Below are positions 23,246 to 33,337 of a stretch of DNA of 64,000 nt, piece after piece. Below the pieces are notes generated by a model that saw only the letters and a program-made list of their open reading frames with translations, was not told the DNA's origin and ran no database searches. Origin of the DNA: Fistulifera solaris (Eukaryota); the NCBI GenBank assembly GCA_030295235.1, contig AP026144.1, forward strand, positions 124,001 through 188,000. The letters run 5' to 3'. Made by a program: the position numbers and the translations under genes. The stretch's first letter is position 1; each line of letters starts with the position of its first letter.

Positions 23246-23631
23246 ATGACTGAAATCCAGTCTTGGAAAAGTAGAGCCTTCACTTTAGAATGAAAATTAT
23301 TAATCGACAGAGACTAACCCGGATATTGAGTATTTTTGACCACTCCAAACGATAATCGACACCCAATGGATTGCAATACGTAAAACGCACTAAAGATTAA
23401 ACGGTTCGAATGTATACGTAGTTCTCACTAGCTCTCATCAGAAAATTTATCGACAAAGTGTGGAATACGAACGGCTCATTCTGACCAAGTTTTCGGCCTT
23501 AACAATCGGGGGAGGGAAAAACCAATCTGAGTTACCTCTACAGTGTATTGCTCGCTTCATAATGTCGAAAATGTCCAGCTTTGTTGGCGACTCCACTACA
23601 TCGTTTTTCGGCAAGACTGGATTTCAGTCAT
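23246..23631. mobile_element. MITE-like element, 386 bp, with perfect 20-bp terminal inverted repeats
   Basis: atgactgaaatccagtcttg (23246-23265) and its exact reverse complement caagactggatttcagtcat (23612-23631); non-coding interior; no clear target-site duplication. Confidence 0.65.
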
Positions 23632-23815
23632 GAGTCAGGAATTGGGTATTGAATTATTTTCCCCATGTACAAGTTACAAGTAATCGTGCTTGTACGTGTA
23701 CTAAGCAAAATATCTACGCCCACATCCCACCTGAACAGCGAGTGCGGAAACAAACATCCCAAATGCAAGAGGCAATCCTTAAAATGCGAATTTCGCTTTA
23801 TTTAATTTTTTTAGT

Positions 23816-24784
23816 TTAGAACCTTCTCGACTTTTTGTGCTTACTCTTCGTCGCCTTGGCTTTGGACTTCTCGGAACGATTTGGATGCCGATGTCGTTGT
23901 CCCGAATCGCGGTCCAAAACTAAGTTGTCAACATTCGCCGCCAAAGACCCCAGATTGCTGTAATTCTCTCGCTGCAGGCGTTTTCTCTCTTTCTTCTCTT
24001 GCCGTGTCACGGTCAAACGCACAAAATTATCTTCTTCGTATTTTCGTTTCTCATTTTGACGTTGTTCCATGCGTTGGTATTCACGTGTGGCGTTAATGCG
24101 TTCACCGGCGCCTTGGTTGTCTTCGGTCTCGGGCGTTTCAGTGAATTCATGACGAAGGGCTTGAGCGATTTCTCCCGCTCGCAATCGTTGACGGAGTCGT
24201 TTTTGTTGAATTTCGGAAGTGTGTGTAGCATCATGTGTATAGGGAACTGCTTGTAGACGGGGTGCTTGATAAATTGTTTCGAAATTCGAGTCCTTGCTTT
24301 CTCCGCGCTCGAACGAAGCATCTTTCGTCCCATCGTCGTCATCTTCATCGTCGTCGTCGTCCTCTTCTTCATCCGCCAACTGTGGTTTGTAGGCCAACGG
24401 ATCTTCTGTTGTGTTAAAGTCACTGACACCGGCTGCTGCGAAGGTCGATGATTGCAAGGATAGCAATTTCTCAATGGGATATTTCAGTTTCGCATCCATC
24501 GTTTTAAGTTTTTCTAAAACAGTTCTCATTTCTAAAAGACGACTCGAATGGTTCTCGTTATCTGCGCCTCCGCCTTTCAAATGTACTACTAGGTCAATCA
24601 AATACGATAGCAAAACAGAATTTTTGACGTGCAAATAGTCCAGACCGGGTTTTTGAGTTAAGGGCTTGTGCGATAAAGTATCCTCATCCGTCGAGCGATA
24701 AAATCGTTCTAAATGCTCGTCAATGAGAGCTTGCACCGTCGACTGCACCTTGTGCATCGTCTCTTTCAAACTTGTTGTAGACAT
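23816..24784 (-). CDS. NGDN: Neuroguidin/Lcp5-like SSU processome protein (Sas10/Utp3/C1D family)
   Basis: GLDYLHVKNSVLLSY, LEMRTVLEKLKTMDAKLKYPIEKLL, IYQAPRL, YEEDNFVRL; acidic tract and basic tail. Confidence 0.85.
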   Translation of the reverse strand: MSTTSLKETMHKVQSTVQALIDEHLERFYRSTDEDTLSHKPLTQKPGLDYLHVKNSVLLSYLIDLVVHLKGGGADNENHSSRLLEMRTVLEKLKTMDAKLKYPIEKLLSLQSSTFAAAGVSDFNTTEDPLAYKPQLADEEEDDDDDEDDDDGTKDASFERGESKDSNFETIYQAPRLQAVPYTHDATHTSEIQQKRLRQRLRAGEIAQALRHEFTETPETEDNQGAGERINATREYQRMEQRQNEKRKYEEDNFVRLTVTRQEKKERKRLQRENYSNLGSLAANVDNLVLDRDSGQRHRHPNRSEKSKAKATKSKHKKSRRF

Positions 24785-25306
24785 TATTCGATCCAGATAG
24801 TTAATAGGTTAAAATCTTCCGAATACTTTTCTTTTGTTGTCCATTTTGTGTCTCACTTCAATTGTTGTTTTCTGTCCCGTTATTTTTGGTGGACTTGAGT
24901 GAACAGGTGATCGCACGACAGACGAACCGAAGTCACGAATTAATGAGTCGAAGAAACGGCGTTAAAATTCTGCCTCGTCGTGGACGCTACGTAGAATCTT
25001 GTAATGGAACGTCCTTCCCGACTAGTTCATGGAAGTCGCACCAGAGATTCGCCCTGCTCATAGGTTACTCATCAAAATACTGAAATTGACACTGGACGTA
25101 ACTCAGACATATATTCATAAATCTATGTGAAAGTGAATGCAAATGACTGTGCTCTGGCTTCCACGACGATCAACCAAGTGATCACATCAGATTAAAGGCA
25201 TGGCTACACGTAAAAGGATCTAAAACTACAGCAGAAAAAAAGCCAGGAGAATTCAATCACTTTATTAGACCCATTAGTTCCCTGACTCATACTCCGTATA
25301 AAATTT

Positions 25307-26285
25307 CTAATCACTGTTCATTTTTTTGAGCTGGTCGACCGTGCGCTGCAATCGGTGTTGCATCATGTTGCAAATATCGACATTGGCCTTTCCTACCTTG
25401 TGAGCAGGCATTTGAAGAACAGTCTTGACGTCTTGCAAAGCAAAGCGATAACGTTCAACACCTTCAAAGGCTTGAGCGCGTCGAATGAGTGCCTTGACAT
25501 TGTCAGGCTCGACTTCGAGTACCGACGTGCAGTCAGCAATGGTTCCATCGAAATGACTAATTTGCTTGTAACAAGCAGCGCGGTTAGAGTAGGCCTTGAG
25601 AATCAAATCCGACGTTCCTTGGTTCGACGCGATGAGGGCGTCAATGCATTTCGTGTATTCGACGGTGGCGGCCTCGAATTGGGCATTCTTGTACAAGTCA
25701 TCGCCCTTTTCTTTGTGCAATTCTGGGCCACTCAAACTCGCTTTGCGTTTCGCTTCAGCTTTTTCGTAAAGCGGGTTGACTTTGGCCTTGATTTTTTTCG
25801 ATTATGGGATTTCCCGAGTCAAGGCGACTCGCCAAATCGATCTGTTTGTAAGCACCGTAGACATCATTGGCAGCAAGAAGTTCCTCGGCCTTTTGACAGT
25901 ATGCGGCGACTTGATCGGCACGCACTAGCTCCTGTACTTGCTTCTTCATATTTTTCAGGTCCGCATTCGACGAATTGACTGCTAAACCGCTTTCGAGCGT
26001 CTTGACGCATTCGTCTAGTTGGTTGAGATTTTTCAACGCTACGGCAAGGCGAAAGTATCCTTTGACAAAGCTGCGATCTGCTTTGATGCAGTTGCGAGAA
26101 GCATCTGCCATTTCTTCGAATTTACTCAGTTTTTCGAAACAAGCCGCCATATTACTCCAGTACGCCGGAACAGAGTCATCTAACTTAGTCGCGGCTTGAT
26201 ACTTTTCGATAGCTTCTGCGTATTTTCCGTTTTTGAAGAAGGTGTTTCCTTCTTCTTTTAAAGCTTCAGCTCCTGCGTGTGGCAT
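25307..26285 (-). CDS. STI1/Hop-like tandem TPR co-chaperone; compensating indels near 25795 and 25760
   Basis: AEALKEEGNTFFKNGKYAEAI..SNMAAC..VKGYFR and HKEKGDDLYK..YSNRAACY..NVKALIRRAQAFE TPR clamps. Confidence 0.88.
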
Positions 26286-26903
26286 TATTTCAGATTCTTG
26301 TTTTGATTATTCAAAGTAGAAATAAGTTCGTCTTTCCCTCTTCTTCGTCTCGCTTCCGTACCTCGTATTCGATTTGCTGGTCGAGTTAAAACAGCGAAAG
26401 GTATTGGGGAAACAAAACGCACCACATCCACTCATCACTGCGCGTCTAACGCGCATTCGCCATTGGATTCCACGTGGAACATGAAACGTCGAAATTTATT
26501 GTCATTTTGAAGAACGGAAAATCAAACGCGCTACTTGCTACTTTATGTCAATCACGGATCAGCGCTAAAGCGGTAAAGGGTCGGCCGGGGTCACGAGACG
26601 GGGTATGTCCGCTGTCCGCTGTCCAATCAAGGCAAATCATTCCACTCTTCGGTCCAGAGCGAAAGATAATCCGTGTTCGGGTTTTCACTAGGCCACGGCA
26701 AAACAAAACGGGATTGCCAACGCACGACTTCTTCTCCGCGATACCTCACTTTCGCCGCCGTGAAAGCGAACGGCTTGCTAGAGGGTGAGCGACTAAGAGA
26801 ACTTAGCTTTTACCGATATCAGTGTCAACATTTTACATTTTAACGAGTCGCCTATGCGTTATGAGTATTTTTACAATTCAACTAGCCAACGAGAAACATC
26901 ACA

Positions 26904-27680
26904 TTTAGGCAGCAGCTGCGGCTGCTTGGCCGGCAAGGTTCGATAAAGAGAGTCCATTTTTATGAAACTCTCCAGGACATCTATCATTGTTGAATGGTAC
27001 GTTCTTGCATCAGGTAGAAAGCCGAGAACTGTTGAAATCCGATCCAAGTTTTGAAGAATGATGACAGATAGGGGAAATAATCGCACTGTCAGCTCGTCGT
27101 ACTCAATCTTGAAATTCTTGGATGAGATTGCAACCAAATTGGAACACGCCAACTGAAATAGCTTGTATGCCGCTTCCCAGAGATCAAGAGCTCGGTGTGA
27201 GTCAGTCTCGATGATTGCTGCACTGATGTAAGCGTTCCCGAAATTATTGAGGAGCAATGCTGCAATGAGCCCACCCATGTGCTTCTGAATTTCCGCTTCA
27301 TTTTTTGGGATAAGTTCAATGCGAATCAGGAAAAGCTTCAGTGTCTGTGAACTGTTAATGGCATCGTGCACAATGTTGCGCACGGACTCAGCGATATCGT
27401 CTTCGGTTATTACTTTGACTTCGACACCTTCACAGGCTGGATGCGACACCTTCTTGAATTGACTCTCTGAAAGCATCTGGTCGGCTTTATGAACTTTTTT
27501 TCGAGCTTCTGCTTCACGGTGAGTGCATGGTTCCTCGTTTGCATTTCTCAGGACTTGAATTCCGTCCGCGAAAGTTTCCATGGCTTCATTCAAATGCCCC
27601 TTCGATAGAAGCGACACTGCATTATTATTCAATGCAATCGCACAGGAGTAAGACCACCCAATATTGCTTGGCTTTTCCAT
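26904..27680 (-). CDS. Second 'LNNxAVSL...AAAAA-stop' orphan family member; 1-bp shift near 26940
   Basis: AIALNNNAVSLL..AMETFADGI and LLNNFGNAYISA align with 3648-4401; a shift near the end gives LAGQAAAAA*, matching the paralog's poly-Ala C terminus. Confidence 0.75.
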
Positions 27681-28066
27681 TGTCTGGTGTTATAATTTGT
27701 ATTATTTTTTGGAGGGATGATTAGTCGTTTGGTTTGAAAAATGAAAAAAGTTTGAATTTGTCAACATGAAAAAAAGGTTCTCGGAGTGTCGCTTTTCAAT
27801 CATTCGTTACTCGTTGCCGGACTTCGCTTAAGGTCGCCAGTAGCAAATCCCGAAAATGTCTCGATTTTCGGACCCAGCAACTTCACTATAACGTTTTTAG
27901 TAAAATCTACATCCGGAGAATGCAATAACATCGGAGCTGCAACATTCCCTAGAAATTATCGAGGCCAAAGAAAATCCGTAGTTAGTGAGTGCTTTAAATG
28001 ACCAGGTGACTACACTTTTCACTGGTACAACTTTCTCTTTTCAGTACATTCTGTCTTACAATGCAG

Positions 28067-28743
28067 TTTGACGTTTGACCTGTTAAGCCAACGGTCAGTT
28101 TTCTATTTTCTATGATGATGTTCTGTGTACTGTGTCAGATTTCATCCTAATTACAAGGTACAAGGTACTGATTTCTTTGTTCTCCTGACTCCTGATCACC
28201 TGCCTAAGCCTGAAGCCTGAGTTCTCTGTTTTTGAGCGACACACGCGACACACATTACACATCACACATGCACATGCAATTGTTATTTTGGGCATTGGGC
28301 TTTTGTTTTTTGGCTTCGGCTATGGCTTCTCGTCTTCCCTTCCTCTTGTGGCTTGCGGCTTGCGGTCTTGCGGTTGCTGATAGACATTAGACATAGAGAA
28401 TGACGAAGGCCTGCAACTCAGAACTGAGTGCAGGGATATTTTCTCTTAGAGTCCCCAGGATATAAGCCCACATGCCCACATGGTTCCTCCAAAGGTTTCG
28501 CCGGTCGAGTGTCGAGTTGCTTACACGATTGTTTTTCTGTTGAATGTTGAATTGCGTATTGCGGGTTACAAGTTACGTGTTATGTGTTATGTGTTGTAAC
28601 TGGTGACTGGTGACGACATTTCTGCGGAGTAAGGAGTAAGTAACGAGTAATTAACGATCTGTTCCGTTAAGGCCGAAAGAGTTTAATGTTTAATGACCCG
28701 GGTCGATTTGCGATGACTGTTCCCGTCGGCCGTCGGCCGTCGG
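28067..28743. repeat. Second cluster of unrelated 7-8 bp tandem duplications
   Basis: acaaggt x2 (28153), ctcctga x2 (28182), tagacat x2 (28381), gcccacat x2 (28466), gtcgagt x2 (28504), tgttgaa x2 (28538), gtgtt(a/g)t x3 (28577), ctggtga x2 (28600), ggagtaa x2 (28626), gtttaat x2 (28681), ccgtcgg x3 (28723). Confidence 0.88.
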
Positions 28744-29205
28744 AGTCGAACTGCGTTCACAGCTCTCACACGGTCGCGGACTGCGGTCGAGTCGTCCGAG
28801 TCACGAGATCTATTTACTTGGAACAAATCATTTCAAGTAATTTCAATTCGTTTTTTCGAATTAAGTATCGAAGTTAGCGGGCCACTTGCAAAATCCCTTG
28901 GCGAATAGAAATGTTAACACGGTGTAAACAGTGTTCTGTGGCTTGACTTGGCTTGTGCTTGTCTCCGACGACGGGCGGCAATTGAAAGACGACTTACAGA
29001 CGTCGATGAACGATGAATGAACAAACGAAGGAAATGAAATCGAATAGTTTAAAATAACACAATAATCACAATTACGGAAAAAGTCGTTCGTCATATGCAT
29101 TAAAAGGTTATTAATATCATCTCAAAACGATTCGATATGATACACGATCTTACTTGAAGTAAAAGCTTCTGCTTGTCAGTTTGCGAGATGTAGACAACAG
29201 CGAAA

Positions 29206-31666
29206 TCAACTCCTCGGCGAAAGGTCTCCCACCGCATCACATTCATTCATGGAGTAAATGTTGTGAGCTACCCGAGGAGGATTCAATTCTTTGTTTCCGC
29301 CAGAATTCTCTGTGCTGGTCGACGTTTCCGTGAGCGCCGTGGACACTCGCCAAACAACATGATTCTTGGGGCTATAACTAGGTGTATCCACTTCAGGGGG
29401 GATACTGCTGCGCGTCGCTGCGAACGGTATTTTCGGCTCTGAACGATTCCATTTTTACCAAATCCTTCGTTACGAGTTCCTCGAGAGCCTTCAAACCAGT
29501 TTGGTTGTTAAACTCGTGCATTTCGGAAGCGTATAACCAATGGGTGTTTGGTTGGTCTTTGCCTTTCATTTCAATCAATCCGCGATCTTCAATACAAACA
29601 GCTCGGGTGCACTCATTTCGAGTTCCTTTCGCGTCGTGTCGGAACAGTGTACCTTACCTGCTTGGCCAGTACTTTCATGACGAGCACTAGTGTTGATAGT
29701 GTCACCGAAAACACAATAACATGGGTTGGTCACACTACACCACTTGCGCAAGATCCGGAATGAATCCCGATACGCAATCGAATAGGCTTTCCGTCCATAT
29801 GAGACTTAACTAGCCCGCAACAATGACTGATGGCAAGAGCGAAATCAACGACGTTGCGAGCATGGCTTTTGTCACTATCGGAAAGGCCACTGCAGCAGAT
29901 CGTTTCCACTTTGAAGAAATTGAACTTCATGGCCAAGCAATCCATGATGCAGTAGAGCTGATTGAGCATGTTGATGACCTCCCACGGAAAGATTTGGTCG
30001 CAGATGCTTGTAAAGCCCGCGTTGTCTGAAAAGAAGACGGTGACATGGTTGTGAACACGCGTCTCGACACTCGGCACATTCGCAATCCTCGGGCAGAAGC
30101 GACTCGATTAGTTTCTTTTCCTTTGCAGGGACTTGCTGAGCTTCTCCACTTTTAACGCGTCGTTCATTTGACCACTGAGATGCTCGCGAAGAAACACACC
30201 ATCACGGTGCGATCCATGCACAGGAAGATCACTCAGGGTCAGCACCATGTCGCGTAGCTCGTTCAAGTTGTTGACGTCTGGGCACAGGATAACGATCCAG
30301 TCTGCTGGCTTGCGATCATCGAGACGAATAGCGCTGCCTTTGAATACGAGCTTTTGAGCGGATGGCATTGTCGGCTTGACTGTTAAGGCTTGATCCTCTT
30401 GCTTTCGGAGCCAGATAGAGCTCCAGACGGCTGCCGCGCGTTTTTCAACGTCGAAGACCTGTGCAGCAGGCATGCCAAGAAGATCGCTCTCGTACGTATT
30501 CAAAAGCTTGGGTAGCGCTTTACCGACTTGAAGAATATGCAAATCAGGGCCCAAAGTAATGTGGTAGGGAAACAATTTTCGGTAACCCTTGCCGACAATC
30601 CATCATTTTCGTTTGGAATCGTTGAAGAATAGCTTGTCGTGATGGACGTGTCTAAAGATTGATCGCTAAGCGATGCTCTCCGATACACTTTTTGTTGTTC
30701 AAAGTCAGTGACGGTGCTGTTTACTTTGCTCATGGGATCTTTCTCGCTCAATGCATCTATGGATGTGTTCACACCGCTGTTTTCGAGGGCCATGGGCATC
30801 GTTTGAAAACGTCACGCTGGTCACGGGGCACGTGTATGTCGTTTTGGGATGACGTTCCTTGTGGCTTTTGACGTAAAGGTCAGGCGAAGCACTGTACACG
30901 ACACCAGTGAAAGGGCACTTCACTTCAGTGGGACGGTTGTTTTCTCCGTAACAACTCTTTTCCGTGTGAGCTTGTACATGTTGAGAGGATCTTTGGTTGT
31001 GATTCTGCAACTGTTTGTAGCAAAGGCAAATTGTGGCGGTATGAGACTATGTGTATAGTTGGTGCTCGGCATCGTTGTAACCATTTTGAAACGTACCTGG
31101 TGACTTTTGCACCGTTTACTCCTTGAGAAGTCAGTTTGCCCAAAGACGATATCAAGATCTAATTCAGTCTGTGCCACACACCTGACAATACCTTTGGCAA
31201 TGGAGAGCCAAATAATTGCCTGTTGACGACAAATAGTACAAGATAATTGATTCGTCGTGATCGTCCATCTCCACCCAAAACTTCGGCATCGTCATCTTGT
31301 TGGGAAATGTCGTTTGTAGGTGGGAATGTATGGCGTTAATATTCGTCAACCAGTCTTTACATGTCGATCCTTAACACCAAGGAGGTTTTCGTAGCCTTCA
31401 CCAGCAACATATGGTGCCCAGAACTCACCAAGCGCTTCAAGGACTTGATCAACGGTGAGTCCGGAGACTTCACTTGCAGCAACAACGAGGTCGATAGTTC
31501 TCTGATCCGAATAGCTTTTGAGTTTCAAGAATCCTTCATCGTCTGCGAAGCGTTTCGCCTTTGACTTGACAGTGTGCCATCCTTCCAACCCGAACTTTGT
31601 TGATAAGTCCCTAAACGCTTTAGCGCTGACCGCTGACTCAGGCATTCCAAACTTGTTCTCTCTCAT
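29206..31666 (-). pseudogene. Decayed soluble guanylyl cyclase (H-NOX + HNOBA/PAS + coiled coil + class III cyclase)
   Basis: H-NOX fragments (YSDQRTIDLV..LEALGEFW..GYENLL; NAIHSHL), HNOBA (FPYHITLGPDLHILQVG; LSDLPVH), cyclase (VTVFFSD..FT; FKVET; RIGIHSG; YCVFGDTINTSARHESTG). At least six frameshifts, loss of the IGDAY segment and a break in the GVVG motif. Confidence 0.8.
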
Positions 31667-32802
31667 TCTAGTTTTGATTTTTCACGCATGAGGCCCGATG
31701 GCGGCATCTTTAATATTGGAAACATCAAGACATTTTGGTCCTCCGCACTTTATGCATATCTTCTGTTTCGATCCTAAATTCTATAATCCAAAAGGCCCAA
31801 GCAATCAGAATGCGTTATCCAAAAGCGACTTTTAAAGCGCCTGTACGCGATCCGGGAGGGCGGGTTTAAAAAATGGCGATCCATGGTCATTTTTGGATCA
31901 AGCTATTGTTGCATAAACCAGCGATTTTTACATCCTGTGGATTGAAATGAGGATGAATAGTAGTTTATGTGATGACTTCGTACGCAGCGCTCAAGAAAAG
32001 CTTTGTGGAAAGGCAGTGGCGATATCTTTTCGGATTTGGCCGGGTTGCCCTTACTTTTTCTCGGCTTGTAACTTGCCTCAAAAATCCGCAATATCTCTAA
32101 TTTTTGAATGAAGAGCTGTCAATCGACAATGACCGTCGGAAAGCGTGCATTTGGCCTCGATTCCGAAAGCCATAGAGCGAGTTTCGCGTACAAAGTCAAT
32201 ACTCAGTTTGGTCCCAACAATGATATATCAAAGAAAACATAGATGTTTATTGGTAATAGAAATAAATATTCATTAATCGTTACTATTGACTCAAGTTTAT
32301 TTGAATCTAAGCGGTTCTGTCGCTCGTGCGAAGTTGATGATCCGACGCAAGGAGAAAGAAAATTTTGAAGCGAAAATCGATTGGCAAGAATGAGACGATA
32401 AAGAAGCCTTTTCTTGTGAGAACGTTTGAAGCGAAGCAAGATGCTTTCGAACATTGTCACAGAATGGCGTCAGTATGTTTCTCGGCTTTCGGAGAGCTTT
32501 TGTCGGCAATGTTTTCTCTGTCGACAGTGAATTTTCGGTTGTTGGCAAGACCTAAAAGCTGATAAATCGGCACTCATACCCTCAAGGATGGCCAAGACAC
32601 TGCTCATTTATAAACCGCATATTCATAAGAAAGAGTGTTGAGCTGAAAAACAGCAAAAGTTACGCGGAATTCGATTGAAAACGCTAGTTTGATGTCGATG
32701 GCGACGAAAGAAATTTATTGAGGAACGAAGGGTTTGTGCGAACGACGAAACGCGAAAATTCACAAAACGCGAAAATTTATTGAGAATGGTACCAGTATGG
32801 TG

Positions 32803-32971
32803 ACGTACCCAGAAAATATGGGAGTGTGGTGTTTTCACGTACCCAGAAAATATGGGGGTGTGGTGTTTTCACATACCCAGAAAATATGGGGGTGTGGTGT
32901 TTTCACATACCCAGAAAATATGGGGGTGTGGTGTTTTCACATACCCAGAAAATATGGGGGTGTGGTGTTTG
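32803..32971 (+). repeat. 34-bp minisatellite, about 5 copies, bracketed by a ~28-bp direct repeat
   Basis: ac(g/a)tacccagaaaatatggg(a/g)gtgtggtgttttc starts at 32803, 32837, 32871, 32905 and 32939; gtttgtgcgaacgacgaaacgcgaaaatt occurs at about 32732 and 32967. Confidence 0.95.
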
Positions 32972-33337
32972 TGCGAACGACGAAACGCGAAAATTTATTA
33001 GAAAGACGCCTGTTGGCGTCTGCCCATGCTCGCTTCGCTCGCGAGCAGTAAAAATCCAAAAAGGTCCACCAGCATGGAGAAATCACTAAACATGGAATGG
33101 TTGCCCAATTTTTTGCGCGAAGAATAAACCACAATGATTCAGTTTCCTTCAATTTTTGTGATTCAGTGACCCCGTTCTCGATAAAGTTCTTGCAATTGTA
33201 CTTCCTTATACGGAATGAACAAACCCTTAGTTGACGTTAACTTGACCAGCAATTAAAACAACTTCCTGGTATCGGGAACCTACTAATCGTGTCGGAAGTA
33301 AACGCATACAAGTATTTCCCTACAACTGCCGACCCAA

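Noticed and set aside
25355..25978. 207-aa plus-strand ORF and similar antisense ORFs (e.g. 2699..3340, 35594..36190, 10377..10919)
   Set aside because: Shadows of well-supported genes on the opposite strand with no recognisable motifs.
32803..32971. 34-bp repeat as a CRISPR array
   Set aside because: Copies are directly adjacent with no unique spacers, there are no cas genes, and the context is eukaryotic.
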